A DNA stretch of 64,000 nt, from the NCBI GenBank assembly GCA_963844035.1, contig CAWJMT010000004.1, positions 192,001 through 256,000 of the forward strand. The letters run 5' to 3'. The notes beneath the pieces are model-generated. The model saw only the letters and a program-made list of their open reading frames with translations, searched no databases and was not told the origin of the DNA. This DNA is from an uncultured Gemmatimonadales bacterium (GTDB lineage Bacteria > Gemmatimonadota > Gemmatimonadetes > Gemmatimonadales > GWC2-71-9). Every line of letters begins with the position of its first letter. Position 1 is the first letter of the stretch. A program made the position numbers and the translations under genes. This document shows, in pieces, positions 11,001 through 19,433 of the stretch.

Positions 11001-11504
11001 GACGCCGGGTTGGAGGCTCAGAACTTTGCGGAGGTCATCGACGGGGAGGTTTTGCAGATCGGCGGAGGTGATGGTCGTCTTGGAGGTCACCTGGTCGCGC
11101 GGGACAATCGGGTTGGCGGCAGCCTCGACAGTCACCGCGCCGATCGCCACGGCGGATGCCGTGAGCTTGATGTTGGTGGTCAGCGTCTGACCGCCCAGCA
11201 CGCGAATGCCCGTCACCTCGGATGCGGTGTACCCGATAAACTTCGCCCGGACAGTGTAGACACCGGCCGGGACGTTGTTCATGAAGTAGTAGCCGCGTTC
11301 GCTCGTCAGGGATCCGAATGCTGTCCCGACGAGCGTGACTTGCACGCTCCCGATGGGCGCCCCCGACTGATCGGTGACGGTGCCCTCGATCTTCCCTGTG
11401 GCCTCTTGAGCAGCGAGCGCGGTGATGGCGCACCCGAGCACCACCGCCGACGCGACGCCGATCGCGGATAGGCGCGCGAAAGCGCGACGCACACGATGCG
11501 TCAT
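8028..11504 (-). CDS. TonB-dependent receptor with N-terminal carboxypeptidase-regulatory-like domain
   Basis: ATG 11504 with GGAGG RBS; GKIEGTVTD N-domain; plug motif VRGGRPGE..VYVDG; SPRVQVSFP; C-terminal GRRIRIGAELSF. Confidence 0.9.
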   Translation of the reverse strand: MTHRVRRAFARLSAIGVASAVVLGCAITALAAQEATGKIEGTVTDQSGAPIGSVQVTLVGTAFGSLTSERGYYFMNNVPAGVYTVRAKFIGYTASEVTGIRVLGGQTLTTNIKLTASAVAIGAVTVEAAANPIVPRDQVTSKTTITSADLQNLPVDDLRKVLSLQPGVVESDKTKGVSVRGGRPGEAAVYVDGVLVRNTQRGSSPLTVGTNAVEEASVTTGALSAAFGDAQSGVLAYTTRAGGSKFQGALSYQTDDVGMWDAVGFNRLEASFGGPIIGRLTFFVAGTMQGQKASMTTTDLGGTGQVNVPMDIPAGTQNDRPIWIMSGVDTVVHQPGTWGEALTDTAAIVVPRFVQYNGTCGEYGAAPGAATSATATQIRDNYGYDCQGLRTPISAWGANTATAKLQYTYGSGSRISLLGLASNEMNRNLGLGQVIVSGAASSLYNPANYTGTSATSYATILNWTQNLARSTERAMALDVNLSYQKDRRIAAPLTRESEASSRDPFGGFILHPFDYVVDFNTTHTVRIKDSTYTDVRFLDDRQIQCVAAGEGACQDDVPYLNNNDMNSVQPYRMNPYGVSQSNRLSLWTSGLDNALDMSLESRMEGRANFDWQADRFNRVKLGGEFHFFDTARYNATNGMNSSFGLNAYHEKPVRWGGYLEDRLDLGDVVIVGGLRYDRYDTRASFPYTPGRISSMPPITEEGASGIPVDPTPFDPYNPTAKFIPAPVHSAWSPRVQVSFPVTENTNFRLSYAHQVQVPDFDLMFRGLNTDLSVTNRNQTYGRDLNFGKTIIFEFAVRHAFSRDMVLDVAAYNKDKLSDMSVRLVHLPDPLSPSSVPGTYENGDWRAATNADFGNVRGIDVRLDRRFSNLFRGAVSYTFQVAKNTGSDPFSYTTLAGRSINAFTGQTSDPAQAIQATDDNRTHNISGSASLQFPDDWMKGSLLGGVLRNLGAFATFRVVSGLPYTLLVAQDQGYTLDSRCGLSCQFLVPNGELNTSTLPWFKNLDLRITKGLKVGRSDWTLFAEGTNIINFKNVVNAFLETGGINYGTFRKKVVDEQVGILINEANGAGILKPDNTVDFTSLGVGGCNNWQGSNSGNFGSGPVDCVLLERAEARFGDGDGKFTPTEYTAAFTAYYNLQNAESRFYGPGRRIRIGAELSF

Positions 11505-11745
11505 GGGTCTACCCTCCGAATACGTGAAAGCGCTTGGACGACCGACCAACCATTGACGCAACGACGGCACGGCGCTCCTCCATCTAGACGGCCCAGATCG
11601 GAGTGCTAACGGCGGACGGCCCCAAATTCGGGCACCGCACTTTTGCGAAGATGACACCCGTTTGGGGGGTCCGCAAGACCCCATGTTGGGTTGGGACTTT
11701 AGGTCAATCCGGCGCGAAAAACTCTGAGACTTTCAGGGCGCCCCT

Positions 11746-11761
11746 AGCAAGACGGGTGCCT
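11746..11761 (-). promoter_or_regulatory. Candidate sigma-54 promoter for the TonB operon
   Basis: Minus strand reads AGGCAC-CCGTC-TTGCT, matching the -24/-12 GGCAC-N5-TTGC consensus. Confidence 0.5.
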
Positions 11762-11857
11762 CCCTGATTCCGCAACCCGCGAGCGCGAGCAGGACTCGGC
11801 GTGGGACTATAGGATCGTGATGTGTGTCGTGGCGGAGTGTCGCGGCAACACGCTCGA

Positions 11858-13070
11858 TCAGACGAGGAAGAGCTCCTGTTGCGGGGCCGGTGGCGTCACC
11901 TCGGGTCCGGTCTCGCCGAGATAAACGTTCATCTCGCTGCGCATCCCGAACCTGCCGGGAAGGTATATCCCGGGCTCCACCGAGAACCCCACCCCCGGGA
12001 TCAACGTGCGCGTGTCGGCGGTCTCGAAGTTGTCGAGGTGCGGCCCGGACCCGTGCAGGTCCCGGTCGATCGAATGCCCGGTGCGATGCACGAAGATACT
12101 GACCGTAGCCCGCATCGCGAATCACCCCCCGGGCGACGTCGTCCAGATCCGCCCCGCTGACCCCGAGATCCCCGTCCTTGACCCCGCCCTTGCCGTAGCG
12201 CCCGCGCAACACGGCGACCACGGCGTCGCGCGCACGCTGGACGGCGCTCCATACCCGGAGCACCTCGGCATCGGGGGCGCGCCCGGCGAACGCCATCCAC
12301 GTCTGGTCGGCGAACACGCTCCCCTTGGCCGGCCCCGCCCATAGATCGAGCAGCAGGATCTGGCCCATCTCCAGCCGCAAGTCCGCCCCCGCGAGCGGCT
12401 CGTAGTGCGGCAGCGCGGAGTTGCGCTGGAACGCGACGACCGGAGGATGGTCGGTGACGAGCCCGGCCCGCGCGATGGCGTCGAGTACGCGGCGCTGCAC
12501 CGTCGTCTCGCGGACCTCGGCGCCACGGGCTGTTTCCGCCCCGGCCCACCGCAGCGCCTCGCCCGCGATCTCCGCCAGCGCGCCGGCGGCGCGGCGGTGT
12601 CCCGTCAGCTCCTCGGGGCTCCACCGCGCCGCGAACCGCGTCACCAGCCGGCCGGACGAGACGACGCGCGCCCCGAGCGATTCCAGCAGCTCGATGACGC
12701 CGTGGGGCACGCGATCGAGATACGGCACGGCGTCGGCGGGGGAGACTTCCATCGCGAGGGTCTTGCCCGCGACGAGCGATCGCACCTCGGCGTGCAGCTC
12801 GCGCCAGGTGGAGTAGGGCCGGATGTCCCCGGGGAATCCCGCGAGCGCGTGCTCCTCGATCCGATGCGCCACGGCGACCGGCCGCCCGGTGCGGGGCAGG
12901 AACACGAACAGGCGCCGCGTCCCCATTCCCACGCCGGCGTCGCCGAGCACCCGCCCGACGACGGGATTGACTCCCCGAAAGTCGAACAGCATCCAGGCGT
13001 CGGCGCCCATGTCGCCGAGCGAGGCGGCGAGCGCTTTGAGATCGAGACCGTCGAGGGGCTTCGCCGTCAT
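11858..13070 (-). CDS. M24 family (Xaa-Pro) metallo-aminopeptidase (frameshifted near 12100)
   Basis: LLLDLW..ADQTW, HRTGHSI, SVEPGIY and RSE metal-ligand motifs split over two frames. Confidence 0.85.
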
Positions 13071-13672
13071 TGGTGGCGGGGATCGGGTGAGGCGGCTCGC
13101 CACTCGCAGCGAACCGCACCGGACGCACGACACGACGCATGCACCATGGTTCCCTCGAACCCCATCAGCAGGCGGAGCAGCTCGGAGAACGCGGAGGCGT
13201 ACAGGGTGCACGCGGCTCCGTCCGGCGTCGCGTTGACCGCAAAGTTTTCTCGGATCGCCGCGACGGGGACATGTCCTTCGCGGCGCAGCTCGATTCCCAG
13301 CACCGCCCGGGCGGCTCGTCGGGCGGCGCCAAACCCGAGCAGGCGGGGCGCAAGGCGCGCGGCGAGGCGCGAGGTGATGAACAGCCGTTTCACCGCGCGG
13401 CGCGCGACGCGCCGGCCCGCGTCGGCGAACACCAGATCGGCGTCCGGGCGGCGTCCTACCAGGCGCAGCAACGCTTCGACGTGCGCCCGTTCAACACGGG
13501 CGTCGCGCCGCACCAGCGCCTCGTACTGCGCCAGTTGCAGGGTAACAGTCGCGGACAGGCCCAGGCGTTTGCTCAGCAACTCGTCGGCAAACTCGGTCAG
13601 CCCGTCTTCGACCGGCGTGTCGAGGTTGCGAACGGCTTCCAGGACGGCCAGCGGCACGATGCTATGGACCAC
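13067..13672 (-). CDS. Hypothetical protein with V4R-like C-terminus
   Basis: AC..Y...F..L....HASCRASGAVRCEW resembles the V4R cysteine pattern; stop overlaps the peptidase start. Confidence 0.6.
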   Translation of the reverse strand: MVHSIVPLAVLEAVRNLDTPVEDGLTEFADELLSKRLGLSATVTLQLAQYEALVRRDARVERAHVEALLRLVGRRPDADLVFADAGRRVARRAVKRLFITSRLAARLAPRLLGFGAARRAARAVLGIELRREGHVPVAAIRENFAVNATPDGAACTLYASAFSELLRLLMGFEGTMVHASCRASGAVRCEWRAASPDPRHQ

Positions 13673-13699
13673 GGAGCGCGAAACCTAGCACCCCGTTGC

Positions 13700-13725
13700 G
13701 GAACTCGGGAGGCCAAGTCCAAGTT
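13700..13725 (+). promoter_or_regulatory. Candidate autoregulatory ECF promoter (SigR/SigH type)
   Basis: GGAAC-N18-GTT ending 10 nt before the sigma-factor ATG. Confidence 0.55.
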
Positions 13726-13735
13726 TCGACACCCT

Positions 13736-14323
13736 ATGACCACCCCGCCGCAAAGTCCTCCGCCGGTTGATGAAAAGCGCGCCGGCTTTGAGCGGGAGGC
13801 CTTGGTCCATCTCGACGCCTTGTACCGCGTCGCGCTGCGCCTCACCGGTAACCCCGCCGACGCAGACGACCTCGTTCAGGAAACCATGCTCAAGGCGTAC
13901 CGCGCCTGGCACCAGTACCAGCCGGGGACCAACGCCAAGGGGTGGCTCCTCACGATCCTGCGGCACGCCTTCATTAATGAATACCGCCGCCGCACCCGGC
14001 ACCCCGAAACGGTGGACCTGGACGCCATCGAGCCCTTTGCCGTGCTCGATGACGAACGCCAGGACGACGACCCGCAGGGACAGTTCTTCGACCAGATCGT
14101 GGACGACGAGGTCCTGCGGGCGATCGACGCTCTCCCGGAACAATTCCGTGAAGCGGTGGTGTTGAGCGACGTAGAAGGAATGAGCTACGAGGAGGTCGCG
14201 AACATCCTCGGCGTCCCGATCGGGACGGTCAAGTCCCGCCTGTTCCGGGGTAGAAAGCTGCTCCAAGCGAAGCTCTACGAGTACGCCGTCAGCATGGGCT
14301 ACATCAAGGGAAACCGTACATGA
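13736..14323 (+). CDS. ECF RNA polymerase sigma factor (SigR/SigH-like)
   Basis: ADDLVQETMLKAYRAW...GTNAKGWL (region 2) and SYEEVANILGVPIGTVKSRLFRGR (region 4). Confidence 0.95.
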   Translation: MTTPPQSPPPVDEKRAGFEREALVHLDALYRVALRLTGNPADADDLVQETMLKAYRAWHQYQPGTNAKGWLLTILRHAFINEYRRRTRHPETVDLDAIEPFAVLDDERQDDDPQGQFFDQIVDDEVLRAIDALPEQFREAVVLSDVEGMSYEEVANILGVPIGTVKSRLFRGRKLLQAKLYEYAVSMGYIKGNRT

Positions 14324-14544
14324 ACTGTCGCGAAGCACTGGACCACGTGTACGAATTCCTCGACAAGGAGCTCACGCCCGACATCGAGCGGGAAGTGCGT
14401 GAGCATCTCCAAGCCTGTAAACCGTGCGGGCACCACTTCAATGCCGAAGAGGCGTTCCTCAAGTTCCTCCAAGCCCGCTGCCGTACCGGCTCCGCCCCCC
14501 CTGACTTGAAGCGTCGCATCCTGAACGATCTGTTTGGCGAGTGA
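14320..14544 (+). CDS. Zinc-binding anti-sigma factor (zf-HC2, RsrA/RshA-like)
   Basis: MNC...HLQACKPC HxxxCxxC motif; soluble; coupled to the sigma gene. Confidence 0.9.
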   Translation: MNCREALDHVYEFLDKELTPDIEREVREHLQACKPCGHHFNAEEAFLKFLQARCRTGSAPPDLKRRILNDLFGE

Positions 14545-15224
14545 GATGGTTGACCCCTGACGGCTGGGTGGCAGCCCTCGGCGTGGGTGTCGGGGTGACC
14601 TGGGGCCTGGGATGGCGGGGAGCAACACTGCTTCTCGCTTTTTTCATTTCGGGGAGCCTGTGGACACGGATCGCCACTGGGCGCGGCGAACCCCGCAGCG
14701 CGCGGCAGGTGATCGCCAACGGCGGCGCCGCGGCGCTCGCTGCCCTGCTCGGCTCCTGGCCCGCCGCGGCCGGCGCCCTCGCCGCCGCCGCCGCCGACAC
14801 GTGGGCCACGGAAATCGGCTCGTTTTCTCCGATCCCGCCCCGTCGCATCACCGACTGGACCCCGGTGACCCGCGGCACGTCGGGGGGTATCACCGCGCTG
14901 GGCACGGCGGGCGGCGTCGCCGGAGCACTCACGATTGCCGCGCTCGCACACGTCATTCCGCCCCCCGGTACAGCATCGGGTATCATGGCGGTCGCCGCTG
15001 CCGGAATCGGTGGCATGCTGTTCGATTCCCTGCTCGGGGCCACCGGACAAGGCGTGTATGAATGCCCGGGATGCGCCGCGCGCACGGAGCGCGCCGGCAC
15101 GGTCTGCCACGAGCCTGTGCGGCTGATTCGAGGATGGCGGTGGCTCGACAACGACGCGGTCAACCTGGCGGCAACCGTGATGGGCGCCGGAGCCGGCCTG
15201 CTCGGCGCTCACCTGGCTTCCTAG
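14541..15224 (+). CDS. DUF92 (TMEM19-like) membrane protein
   Basis: RSARQVIANG, ADTWATEIG, GTSGGIT, DSLLGA and NDAVN motifs. Confidence 0.9.
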   Translation: MRWLTPDGWVAALGVGVGVTWGLGWRGATLLLAFFISGSLWTRIATGRGEPRSARQVIANGGAAALAALLGSWPAAAGALAAAAADTWATEIGSFSPIPPRRITDWTPVTRGTSGGITALGTAGGVAGALTIAALAHVIPPPGTASGIMAVAAAGIGGMLFDSLLGATGQGVYECPGCAARTERAGTVCHEPVRLIRGWRWLDNDAVNLAATVMGAGAGLLGAHLAS

Positions 15225-15252
15225 CCGCTCTCACGATGCGTATGGGTTCCGC

Positions 15253-16479
15253 ATGACGCAGTGGGACGCGGTGATCGTGGGCGCCGGCCCAGCCGGGGCA
15301 GCCACCGCATGTCACCTCGCGGGCGCCGGCGCCCGCGTGCTCGTGATCGACCGTACCTCCTTCCCGCGCCACAAACCCTGCTCGGAGTACCTGAGCCCGG
15401 AAGCGACCCGCTTGCTCGAGCGGCTGGGCAGCGACGTGTTGGGGGCGGTCGAGCGTGCCGCCCCGGCCAGGCTCTACGGAATGAAGGTGATCGCGCCGAA
15501 TGGCGGCGAGATGTGCGGGCGGTTCGCGGCCGACCATGGCTACCCGAGTCCCCGGCCGTACAGCTTCGCGCTTCCCCGGATCACGTTTGACTTGATTCTC
15601 CGCCAGGCGGCGGAACGCGCCGGAGCGGTCGTGTGGGAGGACGCCGCCGTCGAGGAGCTGCACAGCGAACGCGGCGCGATCGACGGAGTGCGGGTCCGCA
15701 CCCGGGGCGGCAAGCGCGACGTCGTCGATGCGCGTGTGGTGGTCGCGGCCGATGGGCTGCATTCACTCGTGGCGCGTCGCCTCCGGCTGGCCCGCCGCTC
15801 CGCTCCCACCCGCATCGCGTTCACCGCCCACGTGGCCGACGTCGCCGGCCTGGACGGCATGGGCGAGCTGCATGTGGGTGACTGCGGCTACGTCGGCATG
15901 GGCCCGATCGGCGCCGACGTGACCACCGTTGCACTCGTCCTGCCGCTCGCGGACCTGCGCCGCCACCCACGCGATGTGCGCGCCAACTTCTTCGCCGAGC
16001 TGGAGCGGTTCCCGGGACTGCGCGGACGGTTCGATCCGCGGCGGCAGGTGCGGGAGGTACTGGTGACGGGCCCGTTCGCACGCTGGTCCCGCCGCTCGGT
16101 GGCGGACGCGGGTGGGGCGCTGCTGGTCGGCGACGCCGCTGACTTCTTCGATCCGTTCACGGGCCAGGGGATCTACAGTGCGTTGCGCGGCGCGGAGCTG
16201 GCCGCGAGTGTCCTGGTCCCCGCGCTCCAAAGCAACGCCCCGTTGACCCGTGCGGTGCTCGCGCCGTACGGAGCGGCCCGCCGGGCGGCCTTCGGCGGCA
16301 AGTGGGTGCTGGAGCGACTGATCTGCCTCGGCGTGGGATGGCCGGCGCTCACCAATCGTGTCGTCTCCCGGCTGGCGCGCCGGCCCCACCTCGCGGATCT
16401 TGTGGTGGGCGCGACGGGGAATTTTGTCCCCGCAGGGCGCGTCCTATCCCCCGGTGTCCTAGCCCAACTGCTCTGGTAA
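15253..16479 (+). CDS. FAD-dependent oxidoreductase (geranylgeranyl-reductase family)
   Basis: GAGPAG Rossmann motif, FPRHKPC, ADG, GDAA..DPFTGQGI. Confidence 0.9.
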   Translation: MTQWDAVIVGAGPAGAATACHLAGAGARVLVIDRTSFPRHKPCSEYLSPEATRLLERLGSDVLGAVERAAPARLYGMKVIAPNGGEMCGRFAADHGYPSPRPYSFALPRITFDLILRQAAERAGAVVWEDAAVEELHSERGAIDGVRVRTRGGKRDVVDARVVVAADGLHSLVARRLRLARRSAPTRIAFTAHVADVAGLDGMGELHVGDCGYVGMGPIGADVTTVALVLPLADLRRHPRDVRANFFAELERFPGLRGRFDPRRQVREVLVTGPFARWSRRSVADAGGALLVGDAADFFDPFTGQGIYSALRGAELAASVLVPALQSNAPLTRAVLAPYGAARRAAFGGKWVLERLICLGVGWPALTNRVVSRLARRPHLADLVVGATGNFVPAGRVLSPGVLAQLLW

Positions 16480-16482
16480 CCC

Positions 16483-16965
16483 ATGCACGGCGTTGAGTCC
16501 CCGCAATTCCGCCAGCTGCTCGGCCGGTTTGCCACCGGCGTCACCGTCCTCACCACCCAGGCCCCGGATGGCCGCCCGATCGGCATGACCGCGAGCTCTG
16601 TCGCGTCTGTCTCACTCGTGCCGCCGCTGCTCCTGGTGTCGGTCAGCCACGAGCACGACATGCACGCCGCGCTGCTGTCGGCCCAGCACTTCGCCCTCAA
16701 CGTGCTCGCCGCCGATCAAGAGGAGGTCGCGCGCCGCTTCGCCATCGATCACCCCGACCGCTTCAGCGGCATTGGGTATCGGCTCAGCAAGCACGGCGTC
16801 GCTATTCTCGACGGCGTCCTGGCGAGCATCGAGTGCGAGAAGCACGCGGAGGTCCCGGGGGGCGATCACACGGTGGTGTTCGGCCTGGTCGTCGGCGGCG
16901 ATGTCAGCGATCGCAGCCCGCTGCTGTACTATCGCGGCGGCTACGCCAGCATGCACGGCGCATGA
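16483..16965 (+). CDS. Flavin reductase (HpaC/RutF family)
   Basis: FATGVTV, GMTASS..SVS..PP, GDH and PLLYYRGGY motifs. Confidence 0.92.
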   Translation: MHGVESPQFRQLLGRFATGVTVLTTQAPDGRPIGMTASSVASVSLVPPLLLVSVSHEHDMHAALLSAQHFALNVLAADQEEVARRFAIDHPDRFSGIGYRLSKHGVAILDGVLASIECEKHAEVPGGDHTVVFGLVVGGDVSDRSPLLYYRGGYASMHGA

Positions 16966-17681
16966 TCGGCACCGAGCTGCTGGATGACCCGCAGGCCGAT
17001 CCGGCCGCGGTGCGACAAGAGCTGCGCGAAATCGCCCGGCTCAACACCCTGTTCGGCGGCACGCGCGCGGTCGTGGGCGCGCTCGAGCCGATCTTCCGAA
17101 AGGCGGCGTCGGGCAACGGGCAACGGGCAACGGGTACTTGGACGTTGCTGGATGTTGGCACGGGCCTCGGCGACATCCCGCGGGCAGCCGCGGCCGCGGC
17201 CCGGCGGCACGGCATCACGCTCCGCCTGGTGGGCGTGGAGCTCAATCGCGCCGCCGCGGCCGCGGCGGGCGATGTCGAGAGCCGCGATCCGCTGGCGTTG
17301 GTGCTCGCCGACGGGGGCGCGCTTCCGCTCCGCCCCCGCTCGGTGGATATCGTGATCGCGAGCCAGGTGCTCCATCACCTTCCCAGTGAGGTCGCGGTGC
17401 GGTGGATCGCGGCCTTTGGTGCGTTGGCGCGGCGAGCCGTCGTGCTCGCCGACCTGCGGCGTTCACGGCTCGCGATGGCGGCGCTCTGGCTCGCGTCGTA
17501 TCCGCTCGGGTTCAGCGACTTCACGCGGCGTGATGGTGTTCTGTCGTTACGGCGTGGCTACACGCGCGGCGAGTTCAACGAGTTGCTGCGCGCCGCGGGT
17601 GTGCCTGCCGTCGCTCGCTACCGACCCGGGTTTCGAGTAGTGGCCGCGTGGCAACCATCAGACCTGACACCTGACACCTGA
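16962..17681 (+). CDS. SAM-dependent methyltransferase
   Basis: ELLDDP N-terminus, LDVGTGLGD motif I, LHH, DLRR, DGVLS. Confidence 0.85.
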   Translation: MIGTELLDDPQADPAAVRQELREIARLNTLFGGTRAVVGALEPIFRKAASGNGQRATGTWTLLDVGTGLGDIPRAAAAAARRHGITLRLVGVELNRAAAAAAGDVESRDPLALVLADGGALPLRPRSVDIVIASQVLHHLPSEVAVRWIAAFGALARRAVVLADLRRSRLAMAALWLASYPLGFSDFTRRDGVLSLRRGYTRGEFNELLRAAGVPAVARYRPGFRVVAAWQPSDLTPDT

Positions 17682-17685
17682 CACC

Positions 17686-18149
17686 TTGCTCGTCGTAGAC
17701 CGAATCTCTATCCGTGCGCCGATCGCCCGCGTGTTCAGCGCAGCTCGCGATGTGGAGCAATGGCCGCGCATCCTGGCGCACTACCGCTGGGTCCGGGTGC
17801 TCGAGCGGCGGACCGCCACCGAGGCGGTCGTCGAAATGGCGGCGTGGCGGCCCTTCGGGCCGGTCGGATATCCCACCTGGTGGGTGTCGCACATGACCGT
17901 CGATCGCGTCGACGCGAGAGGTCCACTACCGGCACATCCGGGGTATTACGCGCGGCATGGACGTGGTCTGGAGCATGGTCCCGGGCGGCAGGCGGGGTCG
18001 ACGTGGCGGTCGAGCACCGCTGGTCCGGCCCCGCATGGCCGCTGGTGGGCGGCGTGATCGCGCGCGCGGTGATCGGGCCGGTATTCATTCACGGAATTGC
18101 GTCCCGCACGCTCTCGGGGCTAAAACGGTACACGGAGGAGGCGGTGTGA
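17686..18149 (+). CDS. SRPBCC/polyketide cyclase-aromatase family protein (frameshifted)
   Basis: I.API..VF..ARDVEQWP.IL.HY N-terminus, then Y.HI.G..RGMDVVW and IA.RTL..LK in other frames. Confidence 0.75.
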
Positions 18150-19387
18150 TGGAAAGGCGGCGCGTAGTCATCACCGGGGTCGGGGCGGTGACGCCGATCG
18201 GCACTGCGGCAGCCGGGATGTGGGACGGGCTGACGGCACGCCGTTCGGCGGTCCGGGAGATCACCCGCTTCGACCCCACGCCGTACAAGAGCCGGATCGC
18301 GGCCGAGATCCCCGACTTTCGGCCGCAGGATCATCTCGATGCGAAGCGCTCGAAGCGGCTGGACCGGTTCTCACTCCTGGCGGTCACGAGCGCGCAACTG
18401 GCTCTCGACGATGCCGGGATTCGTCCGGAGCGTGAGGACACGGACCGGGTGGGGGTCATGATGGGATCGGCACTGGGCGGCGTCGCGCTGGCCGAGTCCC
18501 AGGTGCCCGATTTCGTTCAACACGGTCCCCGCGGACTCAACCCTGCCCTCGCCCTCGGTGTTTTCCCGGGTGCGGCGAGCTGCAACATCGCGATCGAATT
18601 CGGGGTCACCGGCCCCAACATGACCAACGCGATGAGCTGCGCGTCCGGCACGATCGCCGTCGGTGAAGGGTTCCGCACCATCCGGGACGGGCGCGCCGAC
18701 GTGATGCTGGCGGGCGGCGCCGAGGCGCCGCTCGCGCCGATGACCTTTGCGGCGTTCAGCATCATCCGCGCGATGAGCACCCGCAACGACGACCCCGCGC
18801 GGGCGTCGCGGCCGTTCGACGAGGCGCGCGACGGATTCGTCATGGGCGAGGGCGCGGCGGTGCTGGTGCTGGAAGAGCGCGGCCGCGCGCTCGCGCGCGG
18901 CGCCAAGATCTACGCCGAGCTCATCGGCTACGCTTTCACCAACGACGCGTACCACATGGCGGCGCCCCGCCCCGACGGACGCCAGGCGGCGCGGGCGATG
19001 CGCGAGGCGCTCGCGGACGGCGACGTGGCTCCGGCGGAAGTCGGGTACGTCAACGCGCACGGGTCCTCCACGCCGCTGAACGACAGCACCGAGACGGGCG
19101 CCATCAAGCAAGTGTTCGGGGATCACGCCTATCGCCTGATGGTGAGCGGCACCAAGGGCTACTACGGCCACGCGCTCGGCGCGAGCGGTGCGATCGAAGC
19201 AGCGATCTGCGCGCTCGCCATGGATCGCCGCTGGCTCCCGCCCACCATCAATCTCGAGCACGCCGATCCTGCGTGCGACCTCGACTGCATGCCGCACGAC
19301 GGACGCGCCGCCGCCCCCGAGATCGTGCTCTCCAACTCGTTCGGGTTCGGCGGGATCAACGCATCGCTGGTGTTGCGGCGGGGCTAG
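18149..19387 (+). CDS. fabF: Beta-ketoacyl-ACP synthase II-like ketosynthase
   Basis: RRVVITGVG start; Cys-His-His triad (MSCASG, NAHGSST, GHALGA); SNSFGFGG. Confidence 0.88.
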   Translation: MERRRVVITGVGAVTPIGTAAAGMWDGLTARRSAVREITRFDPTPYKSRIAAEIPDFRPQDHLDAKRSKRLDRFSLLAVTSAQLALDDAGIRPEREDTDRVGVMMGSALGGVALAESQVPDFVQHGPRGLNPALALGVFPGAASCNIAIEFGVTGPNMTNAMSCASGTIAVGEGFRTIRDGRADVMLAGGAEAPLAPMTFAAFSIIRAMSTRNDDPARASRPFDEARDGFVMGEGAAVLVLEERGRALARGAKIYAELIGYAFTNDAYHMAAPRPDGRQAARAMREALADGDVAPAEVGYVNAHGSSTPLNDSTETGAIKQVFGDHAYRLMVSGTKGYYGHALGASGAIEAAICALAMDRRWLPPTINLEHADPACDLDCMPHDGRAAAPEIVLSNSFGFGGINASLVLRRG

Positions 19388-19433
19388 CGGCGCCCGTAGA
19401 TTGGCGCCGTTCTCTCACTAGGAGGTCGTCGCC

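Noticed and set aside
11505..11684. 60-aa N-terminal extension of the TonB receptor ORF
   Set aside because: A good RBS and signal peptide start at 11504; the upstream part looks like promoter/leader DNA.
17686..19387. Canonical type II polyketide synthase
   Set aside because: Only one KS; no chain-length factor or ACP in the window.
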